From an uncultured Gemmatimonadales bacterium (GTDB lineage: Bacteria; Gemmatimonadota; Gemmatimonadetes; Gemmatimonadales; Gemmatimonadaceae), in NCBI GenBank assembly GCA_963793305.1, contig CAWBZV010000005.1, positions 1,344,001 through 1,408,000 on the forward strand: DNA of 64,000 nt. The letters run 5' to 3'. Within the stretch, counting starts at the first letter, position 1. Each line of letters opens with the position of its first letter. Made by a program: the position numbers and the translations under genes. Below, piece by piece: positions 1-9,904 of this stretch. Below the pieces are notes generated by a model. The model worked only from the letters and a program-made list of their open reading frames with translations. It did no database searches and was not told where the DNA came from.

Positions 1-23
1 AGAGCCCGACAATATTTCGCCCC

Positions 24-1019
24 ATGACCAACGTCGTGGCGCTGGCCGCTGAGCTCCTCTCGATTCAATCGCCGACCGGACACGAAGGACGCGCGGTCGA
101 ATTCGTCTCCCGATGGCTCGTCGCCCGCGGCTGGAACGTAACGGTTCAAGAAGTCACACCGGGCCGGAGCAACGTCTGGGCGTCGCGCTCCGGCGGTGGC
201 GTAACCCTGTCCACGCATCTCGATACCGTCCCGCCATTCGTGGCGCCCAGTCTGGATGGCGACCACTTGCGCGGTCGTGGGGCATGCGACGCCAAGGGTA
301 TTGCCGCGGCCATGCTCGTCGCCGCTGACCGCCTGGCCACCTCGGGCGAGCAGCGCGTCGATGTCTTGCTCGTCGTCGGAGAAGAGAAGGGCTCGGACGG
401 CGCCCGCGCCGCGAACCAACTCGCCGCCACCTCTCGCTATCTGATCAATGGCGAGCCGACCGAAAGTCGGCTGGCCAGCGGCGCCAAAGGATCGTTGCGC
501 GTGACGGTACGAACCCGTGGCCGCGCAGCGCACTCGGCATATCAGCATCTGGGCCAATCCGCCATCGACCCTCTGCTGGATCTCCTGCCGAGCCTACGCT
601 CACTCCCGCTGCCGTCAGATCCCGTTCTCGGGCAGACGACATATAACATCGGAGTCATTCGGGCAGGCACCGAAGCGAACATCGTCCCGGCCTTGGCGGA
701 AGCCGAGGTCATGTTCCGTCTGGTCGGCGATCCCGCGCCGATCAAGCGGGCGATCGAAGCTTGGGCCGGCAACCGCGCCGAGATCGAGTACGGTTCGTAC
801 ATTCCCGCCCAACACTTCCACACGGTGCCCGGCATAGACGCGGCGCCGGTGGCCTATACTTCCGACATTCCGCTTTTGACGCGCTGGGGCACGCCGCTGC
901 TCTTTGGTCCCGGCTCGATCCATGTCGCCCACACCCCGGACGAGTACATCGACGTGCGCGAGCTCCGCGCGAGCGTCGATACGTACGAGCGGCTCGTTCG
1001 CACACTGCTCGCCGTATGA
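24..1019 (+). CDS. M20 family metallohydrolase (ArgE/DapE-like), probably the desuccinylase/deacylase step of the DAP pathway
   Basis: HLDTVP, GRGACDAKG, GEE, GEPT and AHTPDE M20 motifs; first gene of a dap operon. Confidence 0.85.
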   Translation: MTNVVALAAELLSIQSPTGHEGRAVEFVSRWLVARGWNVTVQEVTPGRSNVWASRSGGGVTLSTHLDTVPPFVAPSLDGDHLRGRGACDAKGIAAAMLVAADRLATSGEQRVDVLLVVGEEKGSDGARAANQLAATSRYLINGEPTESRLASGAKGSLRVTVRTRGRAAHSAYQHLGQSAIDPLLDLLPSLRSLPLPSDPVLGQTTYNIGVIRAGTEANIVPALAEAEVMFRLVGDPAPIKRAIEAWAGNRAEIEYGSYIPAQHFHTVPGIDAAPVAYTSDIPLLTRWGTPLLFGPGSIHVAHTPDEYIDVRELRASVDTYERLVRTLLAV

Positions 1020-2167
1020 CTGCCGCCACCTCCAAATGGCCCGTCGCCATCCTCGGCGCAACGGGCGCCGTCGGCCAGACCTTCATCCGCTTGCTCGTCG
1101 ACCATCCGTGGTTCACGGTCGCCGAAGTGGCCGCCTCCGATCGCTCGGCCGGCAAGTCGTATCGCAATGCGACGCACTGGCTCGAAGGCACTCTCCCTCC
1201 CTCCGTCGCGGATCTTCAGGTCCAACTGTGCGATCCGGCTTCGCTTCGCTCGCCGATCGTTTTTTCTGCGCTCGACTCGTCGGCGGCTGAGACCCTTGAG
1301 CCGGCGTTTGCGAGGTCTGGGCGGCTCGTGTTCAGCAACGCAAAAAATTACCGAATGGAGCCGGATGTCCCTCTCTTGATCCCCGAGATCAACGCCCCAC
1401 ACCTGGCCGCGCTCCCGACGCAACGCCGCCGCCACGGATGGTCAGGCTGCGGCGCCATTATCACGAACGCGAACTGCGCGGCGACATCCGCCGTCTTTCC
1501 GCTAGCGGCACTGCACGCCGCCTTCGGTCTCGAGCAAGTTCTGGTCGTCACGATGCAAGCGGTCTCGGGCGCCGGTTACCCGGGCGTGCCTTCATTGGAC
1601 ATTCTGGGCAACGTGATCCCGTTCATTGGCGACGAAGAGCCCAAGGTCGAACGGGAGCTCCCAAAAATGCTGGGCACCTGGTCAGGCACTCTGATTCAGC
1701 CGGCCGATTTCGCCGTCAGTGCGCACACGAACCGAGTTCCGGTCGAGCACGGCCACACCGCCTGCATGACCGTGAAACTGCGCACGCGTGCAGACGCGCA
1801 CGAAGCGCGCGCCGTATTGGAAGAATGGCGTGGTCACGAAGTGGCGCGAGCATTGCCAAGCGCCCCAGAGCGCGCCATGGTCGTCACCGACGATGAAAAA
1901 CGCCCGCAACCGAGACGGGATGCGCTGGCCGGGAAGGGAATGACGTGCACCGTCGGCCGTGTTCGCGCCGACACGCTGTGGGACCTTCGCCTCGTCGCCC
2001 TCGCCCACAACACGATCCGCGGCGCCGCGGGCGGATCGATTCTGAACGCCGAGCTTCTCGCCGCCCAAGGCGGCCTCCCGGGGGAACTCGGCGCAGCCGA
2101 GTTCTTGTCCAACCGACCCGCGGAGCGACGCGACAGCGGCGCGGAGACACGCGGCGGAGCCGCGTGA
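1016..2167 (+). CDS. asd: Aspartate-semialdehyde dehydrogenase (archaeal/eukaryote-like asd subtype)
   Basis: VAILGATGAVGQ, NANC catalytic Cys, QAVSGAG, RVPVEHGH, HNTIRGAAG; ATGA overlap with upstream stop. Confidence 0.95.
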   Translation: MTAATSKWPVAILGATGAVGQTFIRLLVDHPWFTVAEVAASDRSAGKSYRNATHWLEGTLPPSVADLQVQLCDPASLRSPIVFSALDSSAAETLEPAFARSGRLVFSNAKNYRMEPDVPLLIPEINAPHLAALPTQRRRHGWSGCGAIITNANCAATSAVFPLAALHAAFGLEQVLVVTMQAVSGAGYPGVPSLDILGNVIPFIGDEEPKVERELPKMLGTWSGTLIQPADFAVSAHTNRVPVEHGHTACMTVKLRTRADAHEARAVLEEWRGHEVARALPSAPERAMVVTDDEKRPQPRRDALAGKGMTCTVGRVRADTLWDLRLVALAHNTIRGAAGGSILNAELLAAQGGLPGELGAAEFLSNRPAERRDSGAETRGGAA

Positions 2168-3513
2168 TCGTCTCGAAATTCGGCGGAACCTCGGTCGCCG
2201 ACGCCGAGGCCATCACCCGCACGGCCGAGATCATTCGCGGCCGCCTCGATCGCCGCCCGGTCGTCGTCGTCTCGGCCATGGCCGGGGTGACGAACGACCT
2301 GCTCGCGTTGGCCGAGCACGCCGTGCAGGGTCAGTTGCTCATGGCCATGCAATCGGTCGAGGCGTTGCGCCGCCGGCACTTCGCGGCCGCCGAACAATTG
2401 CTGGGCCCAGCCGAGGCATCCGAGTTGTGCGCGGAGATGAGCGTGATGTTCGACGAGCTCGCGAGCCTGGCGGGCGCGCTGTCGGTGCTCGGACACCTCA
2501 CGCCCCGCTCGCTCGACGCCGTCGCGGCGACCGGCGAGCTCCTCTCATCGCAGATCGTGGTCGCCGCCTACACGAAACTCGGCCTCGACGCGGGCCTGGT
2601 CGATGCGCGTCAGGTGGTCATCACCGACGACGACTATACCAAGGCCACGCCTCAGGCCGAGGCCATTTTGGCGGCGGCGCGCGAGACGATTCTGCCGTTG
2701 CTCCGCGACGGCCGCGTTCCCGTCCTCGGCGGTTTCGTCGGCGCGACGGCAAACGGGATCACGACGACGCTCGGTCGCGGAGGGTCGGACTACAGCGCCG
2801 CCCTCGTCGGCGCCGCGCTCGACGCCGAGGCGATCGAGATCTGGACCGACGTCGACGGGATGCTGACGGCTGACCCGCGCGTGGTCGGTGGCGCGCGACT
2901 CATCGAGCAAATCCGGTTCGACGAGGCGTCCGAGCTCGCCTCCTTCGGGGCGAAAGTACTGCACCCGAGCACGATCGCCCCGGCCGTCCGCCGCGGCATC
3001 CCGGTATACGTGTACAACTCCCTCCGCCCAACGGGCAGTGGGACCCGGATCACGTTCGAAGCGCCACGCCGGCCCGTCTCGGCTATAGCGGGGAAAAAGG
3101 GCACGACGATCGTCAAAGTCAGAGCGTCGCGGATGCTCTTGAGCCACGGGTTCTTGCGCATGATCTTCGAGGTGTTCGAGCGTCACCGGACATCGATCAA
3201 CGTCGTCGCGACCTCCGAGGTCTCGGTCTCCGTCACGGTCGACCAGACCGATCGCCTCGAAGCGATCGTGGTCGATCTCTCGACGTTGGGCAATGTATCG
3301 GTCGAGCGATCACGCGGGATCATTGCCATCGTTGGCGCGGGATTGAGCGATGATACGGCGACGATCGCCAAGGGTCTGGAGGCGCTGCGGGGAATCAAGG
3401 TGCACATGCTCTCGCTCTCCGCGACGGGGATCAATTTCACCCTGATCGTCGACGCCGACGACGTCGCGCCGGCCATGCGTCGGCTGCACGCAGCATTCTT
3501 CCCGGAGTCTTGA
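2164..3513 (+). CDS. lysC: Aspartate kinase
   Basis: KFGGTSV, TTLGRGGSDYSA, WTDVDG, FGAKVLHP, C-terminal ACT domains; GTGA overlap. Confidence 0.95.
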   Translation: MIVSKFGGTSVADAEAITRTAEIIRGRLDRRPVVVVSAMAGVTNDLLALAEHAVQGQLLMAMQSVEALRRRHFAAAEQLLGPAEASELCAEMSVMFDELASLAGALSVLGHLTPRSLDAVAATGELLSSQIVVAAYTKLGLDAGLVDARQVVITDDDYTKATPQAEAILAAARETILPLLRDGRVPVLGGFVGATANGITTTLGRGGSDYSAALVGAALDAEAIEIWTDVDGMLTADPRVVGGARLIEQIRFDEASELASFGAKVLHPSTIAPAVRRGIPVYVYNSLRPTGSGTRITFEAPRRPVSAIAGKKGTTIVKVRASRMLLSHGFLRMIFEVFERHRTSINVVATSEVSVSVTVDQTDRLEAIVVDLSTLGNVSVERSRGIIAIVGAGLSDDTATIAKGLEALRGIKVHMLSLSATGINFTLIVDADDVAPAMRRLHAAFFPES

Positions 3514-4160
3514 TGCGAGTCGCGCTGATCGGGATGGGAAAGATGGGCCGCGCCGTTCGTGACCTCGCGGGCGCCCAGGTCGCCGTGACGCTCGACGCGC
3601 CGTTCACGCCGGACCGCCTCGCGAACGCGGACGTTGCCATCGAGTTCACAGTCCCCTCGGCGGCGCCAACGAACATCCGCGCCTGCCTCGCCGCGGGCTG
3701 TCCCGTGGTCGTCGGCACCACCGGCTGGTACGCCGAGCTCCCGTCGCTCACCGAGGAAGTCTCGCGTCAGGGCGGTGCATTGCTGTGGGCGGCAAACTTC
3801 TCTCTCGGAGCCCAAGCCATGATGTATCTCGCCGCCGAGGCCGCCCGCCTGCTCGATACGGACGTGGCGATCGTCGAGACGCACCACGCCTCGAAGAAAG
3901 ACGCGCCGTCCGGCACGGCCCGCGAGATCGCCCGCGCGATCATTGAGGAGAGAAGCGGGGGAGTGCCGATCACGAGTGTCCGGGTCGGCCACGTGCCAGG
4001 CACGCACGAGGTCATATTTGATGGCACATTCGACCAATTGCGTCTCACGCACGAGGTCCGCGACCGCAAGGTCTTCGCCGAGGGCGCGCTGGTCGCGGCC
4101 GAGTGGCTGATCGCCGAAAAGCGGGTTGGTGTCTTCACGATGCAGGATGTCCTCGCATGA
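3513..4160 (+). CDS. dapB: 4-hydroxy-tetrahydrodipicolinate reductase
   Basis: GMGKMG, VVGTTG, ETHHASKKDAPSGTA, FAEGAL. Confidence 0.95.
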   Translation: MRVALIGMGKMGRAVRDLAGAQVAVTLDAPFTPDRLANADVAIEFTVPSAAPTNIRACLAAGCPVVVGTTGWYAELPSLTEEVSRQGGALLWAANFSLGAQAMMYLAAEAARLLDTDVAIVETHHASKKDAPSGTAREIARAIIEERSGGVPITSVRVGHVPGTHEVIFDGTFDQLRLTHEVRDRKVFAEGALVAAEWLIAEKRVGVFTMQDVLA

Positions 4161-5047
4161 CGAGTCGCCTCAGTGGTTGCGGCACCGCGCTCGTGACGCC
4201 GTTCTCGTTGCACGGCGCCCTCGACTTGGGCTCGCTGGCCCGCATGGTCAATTGGCAACTCGACGAGGGAGTCGATTTCCTCGTCCCCTGTGGCTCGACG
4301 GGCGAAGCCGCGACGATGAGCCTCGAGGAGCACGTCCGCGTCGTGACGCACACGGCGGAAGTCGCCTCGGGTCGCGCGCCGATCGTCGCGGGCGCGGGAT
4401 CCAACGACACGCACAGGGCCGCGGTGCTCTCGCGTGAGCTGTGTACCAGCGGTGCCACGCACTTGCTGCACGTCACGCCGATGTACAACAAGCCGCCCCA
4501 GCGTGGATTGATGGAGCATTTCCGCTCGATCGCCGACGCGTCTCCGCTGCCGATCATTCTCTACAACGTCCCGAGTCGCACGGGGATCAACATGCTCGCC
4601 GAGACGACCCTCGAGCTGGCCGAGCACCCGAATATCCTCGGTGTCAAGGAGGCGTCGGGCGACCTGGGGCAGATTGTCGAGATCTTGCGTCATTGACCCG
4701 ATCGCTTCTCCGTGCTGTCGGGCGATGATGCGTTGACGTTGGCGGTTATCGCGCACGGTGGCGACGGCGTCATCTCGGTGATCTCGAACGTCACCCCGAA
4801 CCTCATGAGCATCCTCGTCTCCCTGGCGCGGGCCGAGAAGATGTCGGAGGCCCGTCGGATCGACAACCGACTGCGTCCTTGGATGCGAGCGGCGTTCATC
4901 GAGTCGAACCCGATCCCGGTCAAGGCTGCGCTCGGCCTCATGGACCGCATCACTCCCACGCTGCGCCCTCCGCTCGTGCCGTTGGCCGAGGCCTACATAC
5001 CGGCGCTTACCGCGGCGCTCCTCTCCGTCGGCGCTCTCCGCGCGTGA
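4157..5047 (+). pseudogene. dapA: 4-hydroxy-tetrahydrodipicolinate synthase interrupted by an in-frame TGA at 4694-4696 (nonsense change or sequencing error)
   Basis: ALVTPF, GSTGE, YNVPSRTG, GVKEASG before the stop; [20 protein letters not shown] after it in the same frame. Confidence 0.9.
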
Positions 5048-5841
5048 CCGATCTCGAACGCGATATCGCCTCGGCCTCTCCCGAGACCGCGCGAGAGGTC
5101 GTCGACCGGCTTCTCGCCGAGCTGGAAAACGGCGCGGTTCGAGCAGCGGTCAACACGGGCGGCGTCTGGCGGGCAGTACCCTGGGTGAAACAGGGCATAC
5201 TGCTCGGCTTTCGCATTGGTGTTCTTACGGAGTACGACGGGTTCGTCGACAAAGACACGTTTCCCATCCGCCATTTCACGCCCAGCGATGGCATCCGCTT
5301 GGTGCCGGGTGGTTCGGCGGTGCGTCGAGGTGCGTACCTCGCGCCCGGTGTGGTGTGCATGCCGCCGATGTACGTCAATGTCGGTGCTCACGTGGGCGCT
5401 GGCACGATGATCGACTCGCATGCCCTCGTCGGCTCGTGCGCCCAGATCGGAGAGCGGGTGCATATCAGTGCCGCCGCGCAAATCGGCGGCGTGCTCGAGC
5501 CGGTGAACGCAGCCCCAGTCGTGATCGAAGACGACGCATTAGTCGGCGGCAACTGCGGGGTCTACGAAGGCACGGTCGTCCGCACGGGCGCGGTTCTGGG
5601 AGCCGGCGTCATCCTCACGCGCGGCACGCCCGTGTATGATCTCGTGCGTGAGACCATCTATCGCGCGGAGGATGACCGGCCGCTCGAGATCCCCGCGGGA
5701 GCAGTCGTCATCCCTGGCGCTCGGGCGATTCAGCGAGGGTGGGGCGCCGAGCAGCACCTGTCGCTGCAGACGCCGGTGATCGTGAAATACCGCGACGAGA
5801 AAACCTCGGCCGCGGTGGCGCTCGAATCCTGGCTCCGATGA
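5044..5841 (+). CDS. dapD: Tetrahydrodipicolinate N-succinyltransferase
   Basis: [34 protein letters not shown] hexapeptide repeats. Confidence 0.93.
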   Translation: MTDLERDIASASPETAREVVDRLLAELENGAVRAAVNTGGVWRAVPWVKQGILLGFRIGVLTEYDGFVDKDTFPIRHFTPSDGIRLVPGGSAVRRGAYLAPGVVCMPPMYVNVGAHVGAGTMIDSHALVGSCAQIGERVHISAAAQIGGVLEPVNAAPVVIEDDALVGGNCGVYEGTVVRTGAVLGAGVILTRGTPVYDLVRETIYRAEDDRPLEIPAGAVVIPGARAIQRGWGAEQHLSLQTPVIVKYRDEKTSAAVALESWLR

Positions 5842-7193
5842 CCGTGCGCGTTACTGGCCAGGTCACCGTTCCGGGTGACAAGTCGATCTCGCACCGCGCC
5901 CTGATGTTCGCCGCGCTGGCGCAACCCGGCGCCAAGTCCGTCGTGCGCGAGATCCTCGACTCGGCCGACGTTCGATCGACCGCCGCCGTGCTGCGCGCGC
6001 TCGGCGTGCCGATCCCGAGCTTCTCGCCGGCGATGACAATCACGGGCGTCGGCCGGCGCGGCTTGGCCGCTGCATCGGCCGCGCTCGACTGCGGCAATAG
6101 TGGAACGACGACGCGGCTTATGGCCGGAATCCTCGCCGCTTCGGCCTTCCGCAGCATTCTCGTGGGCGACGATAGCCTGAGCCGCCGCCCGATGCGCCGC
6201 GTCGCTCGGCCGCTCGAGGCCATGGGGGCGCGTATCGCGCTTTCGGCCGGCGATCGTCTGCCGATGCGCATTGACGGTGGGCCGCTTTCGTCTCTCCACT
6301 GGAAAAGCGAGACCGCTTCGGCCCAGGTAAAGAGTGCGATCTTGCTCGCCGGTCTCGTCGCCGGCGTCGAGGTCACAATCGAGGAGCCATCGCCGACTCG
6401 CGATCACACCGAGCGCTTTCTCCGCGCCCTCGGCGCTCCCGTTATTGTCGGGCCTACGGTCGGAGCTACAATCGCGGCGGTCGGGACGGTCGGGACGGTC
6501 GGGACGGTCGGGACGGTCGGGGCTAGGGTCGCGGCGGGTTCCGTCACGTTGGCGCCGGTAGCGCGCGACCTGACTGGCTTCGACCTCACGGTACCAGGCG
6601 ATCCATCGTCTGCCGCCTTCTTCGCTGGTCTCGCCTCGCTCGCCGACACTGGATCCCTGTCTCTGATCAACGTCCTCGCCAGTCCGACACGTGATGGCTT
6701 CTTCCGCACGCTCTCGGCGATGGGCGGCGCGGTCGCGCGAAGCGCGCCGTGCGACACCGAATCCGGCGAACAGGTCGCGACGTACGAGATCGCTCCAGCC
6801 CGACTCCGGAGCATACGGGTTGGGGCGAGCGAAGTCCCGTCGATGATCGACGAGCTGCCGCTGCTCGCCTGCCTTGCCGCCCATGCCGAAGGCGAGACCG
6901 TGATCTCAGGCGCCGAGGAGCTTCGCGTGAAAGAGAGCGACCGCATCGCCACCACGGTCGCAAATCTCCGTACGATCGGAGCCGAGGTCGAGGAGCGTCC
7001 GGATGGGATGGTGGTAGTCGGCAGTGACGCCCCACTGCGCGGCCGGATCATCACGCACGGCGACCACCGTATCGCGATGGCCTTCGCGATCCTCGGCCGC
7101 CGCCGCGGCAACGCGATCGAGGTCGACGACCCGGATTGTGTGGCGGTGTCTTATCCGTCGTTCTGGCGCACGCTCGACGAGGTCACCCGTTGA
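5838..7193 (+). CDS. aroA: 3-phosphoshikimate 1-carboxyvinyltransferase (EPSP synthase)
   Basis: [43 protein letters not shown]. Confidence 0.96.
   Translation: MTVRVTGQVTVPGDKSISHRALMFAALAQPGAKSVVREILDSADVRSTAAVLRALGVPIPSFSPAMTITGVGRRGLAAASAALDCGNSGTTTRLMAGILAASAFRSILVGDDSLSRRPMRRVARPLEAMGARIALSAGDRLPMRIDGGPLSSLHWKSETASAQVKSAILLAGLVAGVEVTIEEPSPTRDHTERFLRALGAPVIVGPTVGATIAAVGTVGTVGTVGTVGARVAAGSVTLAPVARDLTGFDLTVPGDPSSAAFFAGLASLADTGSLSLINVLASPTRDGFFRTLSAMGGAVARSAPCDTESGEQVATYEIAPARLRSIRVGASEVPSMIDELPLLACLAAHAEGETVISGAEELRVKESDRIATTVANLRTIGAEVEERPDGMVVVGSDAPLRGRIITHGDHRIAMAFAILGRRRGNAIEVDDPDCVAVSYPSFWRTLDEVTR
6478..6521 (+). repeat. 9-bp tandem repeat (CGGTCGGGA, 4 copies plus 8/9 of a fifth) inside aroA, encoding VGT repeats
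   Basis: Read directly; in frame. Confidence 0.95.
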
Positions 7194-7870
7194 CCTCCTC
7201 GCGAATGGTGATCGCGATCGACGGCCCGGCGGCGTCGGGAAAATCGTCGACGGCCCAGTGGGTGGCCGAGCAGATCGGATTCCGCCACGTCGACTCCGGC
7301 GCCTTGTATCGTGCCGCCACCGCCGCGGCGATCCGGGTCGAGCCGAACGCCGAGCAGTGGGACGAGGCGTTCGTGATGCGCCGTGTCTCCGAGATCACGC
7401 TCGCCCCGTCCCGCACGTCGTTCTCCCCGATGATCGCGGGCGCCGATGCCAGTGCCGAGATCCGTTCGCCGGCTGTGACACGCAGCGTGTCGCTCGTCGC
7501 GCAGATGCCCGCCGTTCGCGCGTGGGTCAATGCGCATCTCCACCAGCTCTCCCACGCCCACGACATCGTCGTCGATGGTCGCGACATGGGCACGGTGGTG
7601 TTCCCCAACGCCGCCCTCAAGATCTTTTTGATCGCCGACCCTTGGGAACGCGCCCGCCGCCGCCTCGTCGAGCGCCTGTCGCGCGCCCCGACGGACGCGG
7701 AGATCGCCGAGGAGACCGACCTGTTGGTCCAACGCGACGCGCGGGACGCGATGCAGACGGTTCAGGCCAAAGACGCCATCCTGGTCGACACGACCACGCT
7801 CACTCAGTCCGAGCAAGTTGCCCGCATCGTCGCTCTGGCCGAGGCGGCGGTTGGCCGGGCCCGTAAATAG
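7190..7870 (+). CDS. cmk: Cytidylate kinase
   Basis: IAIDGPAASGKSS, DSGALYRA, DGRDMGTVVFP; TTG start in TTGA overlap (alternative ATG 7205). Confidence 0.95.
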   Translation: MTSSRMVIAIDGPAASGKSSTAQWVAEQIGFRHVDSGALYRAATAAAIRVEPNAEQWDEAFVMRRVSEITLAPSRTSFSPMIAGADASAEIRSPAVTRSVSLVAQMPAVRAWVNAHLHQLSHAHDIVVDGRDMGTVVFPNAALKIFLIADPWERARRRLVERLSRAPTDAEIAEETDLLVQRDARDAMQTVQAKDAILVDTTTLTQSEQVARIVALAEAAVGRARK

Positions 7871-7891
7871 GCTTCCCACCGTCACTTTTCA

Positions 7892-7920
7892 TTGACGCGG
7901 GGGGCAGGTCCAGCTAGCTT
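7892..7920 (+). promoter_or_regulatory. Sigma70-type promoter for rpsA
   Basis: TTGACG-N17-TAGCTT. Confidence 0.65.
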
Positions 7921-7963
7921 TTTTGGTTCCCTCAGTCCGTCCACGGCCACCTTAACCTGTTAT

Positions 7964-9802
7964 ATGCCCGAGCTAGAGACTCCCGTTTCTTCCACCGCAG
8001 TAACACCCTCTTCCCCCGCGGAAAATGGCGGGCCGAGCTCTCCGCTGTCTCAGCGCGAAAAGCGCGACGCGCAGAAGGCCCAGCTGCGCCCGCTCGCCAA
8101 TCGCCGTCCAGAGCTCTACGACGAAGATGAATACTCGCCGGACTCGGACGAGTACGAGCGCATGTTCGAACTGTACCAGGGCACGATGGCCTCGATCGAA
8201 GAAGGCGAGATCGTCAAGGCCACGGTCCAGGGCATTCGCGACAACATGGTCGTTCTCGACATCGGCTTTAAGTCCGAAGGCACTGTCCCGTACGAAGAGT
8301 TCAAGGACATGCCGGAGCTCAAGGCCGGTGACATCGTCGAGGTCCTGCTCGAGCACCTGGAGGATCAGGAAGGCTCGGTCGTGCTCTCGAAGAAGAAGGC
8401 CGACTTCATGCGCGTGTGGGAGCGCATCCGGGTCGCGTACGAGACCGACCAGCCGGTCGAGGGCACGCTCGTCAAGAAGATCAAGGGCGGCGTGGTCGTC
8501 GATCTCATGGGCGTCGATGCGTTCCTGCCGGGCTCTCAGATCGCGCTCCGCCGCGTGCCGAATATCGACGAGCTGCTTGGACAGAAGTACGAGTTCAAGA
8601 TCATCAAGCTGAACAAGCGCCGCCGGAACATCGTCGTCTCGCGCCGGGTGATTCTCGAGGCCGAGCGCGCGGGCAAGCGCGAGAAGCTGATGAAGGAGCT
8701 CCAGAAGGACCAAGTCCGGAAGGGCGTGGTCAAGAACATCACCGACTTCGGCGCTTTTATAGACCTCGGCGGGGTGGATGGCCTTTTACACATCACGGAC
8801 ATGAGCTGGGGCCGTATTGCCCACCCGTCCGAGATGGTGCACATCGGCCAGGAGCTCGAAGTCAAAGTTCTGGACATCGACTGGGAGCGCGAACGGATCT
8901 CACTTGGTCTGAAGCAACTCCAGAGTTACCCGTGGAAGGACGTCGCGGCGAAATACCCTGTCGGCACTCGCGTGCACGGCAAGGTCGTCTCGATCACGAA
9001 CTACGGCGCCTTTATCGAGCTCGAACCGGGCATTGAAGGCCTCGTTCATATCAGCGAGATGAGCTGGACGCGCAACGTTCGCCACCCGTCGAAGCTCGTC
9101 TCGATTGGCGAAGCGATCGAAGCAGTGGTTCTCAAAGTCGACCCGAACGAAGAGAAGATCTCGCTCGGTATGAAACAGACCGAGCAAGATCCGTGGGTGG
9201 TTTTGCCGCTCAAGTATCCGGTCGGCACGCGTATCACGGGCAAAGTGCGTAACCTGACCAGCTTCGGCGCCTTCGTTGAGATCGAGCCGGGTATCAATGG
9301 GCTGATTCACATCTCCGACATGTCTTGGACGAAGCGCGTCCAGCACCCGTCAGAGGTCGTGAAGAAGGGCGACACGGTCAATGTCGTGATTCTCAATATC
9401 GACAGCGACAACAAGAGGATCAGCTTGGGCCTCAAGCAGGCCGAGGAAGATCCGTGGCTCCGCATTGGCGAGACGTACCCGGTCGGTACGGAGCTGAGAG
9501 GCAAAGTCGTGCGCCTGATGGACAAGGGCGTCGTCGTCGACATTGGCAACGACATCGAGGGTTTCGTCCCGGTCAGCCAGTTGAACAACGGCAAGCCGGT
9601 GTCGAGCCCCGCTGACATTGTCTACGAGACGATGAACCTCGACGTGCGGATCCTCGAGGTGGACCCGATTCACCGTCGGATCGTTCTGGCGGTGACGGGC
9701 ATTCCGGAAGAGCAGCCGCCGCGTCCGGAGACGCCGTCGAAGGTCATCCCCATGGAATCCGAGAACGACATCGGCCCGCTCACGGGCCCGCTCGAGGAAT
9801 AG
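7964..9802 (+). CDS. rpsA: 30S ribosomal protein S1
   Basis: Six S1 repeats (FGAFIDLGGVDGLLHITDMSW, YGAFIELEPGIEGLVHISEMSW); cmk-rpsA synteny. Confidence 0.97.
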   Translation: MPELETPVSSTAVTPSSPAENGGPSSPLSQREKRDAQKAQLRPLANRRPELYDEDEYSPDSDEYERMFELYQGTMASIEEGEIVKATVQGIRDNMVVLDIGFKSEGTVPYEEFKDMPELKAGDIVEVLLEHLEDQEGSVVLSKKKADFMRVWERIRVAYETDQPVEGTLVKKIKGGVVVDLMGVDAFLPGSQIALRRVPNIDELLGQKYEFKIIKLNKRRRNIVVSRRVILEAERAGKREKLMKELQKDQVRKGVVKNITDFGAFIDLGGVDGLLHITDMSWGRIAHPSEMVHIGQELEVKVLDIDWERERISLGLKQLQSYPWKDVAAKYPVGTRVHGKVVSITNYGAFIELEPGIEGLVHISEMSWTRNVRHPSKLVSIGEAIEAVVLKVDPNEEKISLGMKQTEQDPWVVLPLKYPVGTRITGKVRNLTSFGAFVEIEPGINGLIHISDMSWTKRVQHPSEVVKKGDTVNVVILNIDSDNKRISLGLKQAEEDPWLRIGETYPVGTELRGKVVRLMDKGVVVDIGNDIEGFVPVSQLNNGKPVSSPADIVYETMNLDVRILEVDPIHRRIVLAVTGIPEEQPPRPETPSKVIPMESENDIGPLTGPLEE

Positions 9803-9805
9803 AAC

Positions 9806-9894
9806 GTGGCTTCGCCACTAGTCAATGCAGCCGCGGCCGCTTTGCGCCGCGGCTGCTCGACTAATCGGTTGGAACGGCTCGGCTTCGCCAAGCC
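9806..9894. repeat. Three-hairpin intergenic element, copy A
   Basis: GTGGC-TTC-GCCAC; TAGTC..GCAGCCGCGGC-CGCTTTGC-GCCGCGGCTGC..GACTA; linker TCGGTTGGA; GGCT-C-GGC-TTC-GCC-A-AGCC; related copy at 37399-37481. Confidence 0.7.
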
Positions 9895-9904
9895 TTAAGT
9901 GTCC

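Noticed and set aside
4694..4696. Genetic-code reassignment or selenocysteine at the dapA TGA
   Set aside because: TGA is the ordinary stop for many genes here (NTGA overlaps), the position is not catalytic, and Trp is encoded by TGG throughout
6478..6521. CRISPR array or phase-variation switch
   Set aside because: 9-bp units without spacers, inside a CDS; a unit length divisible by 3 keeps the frame
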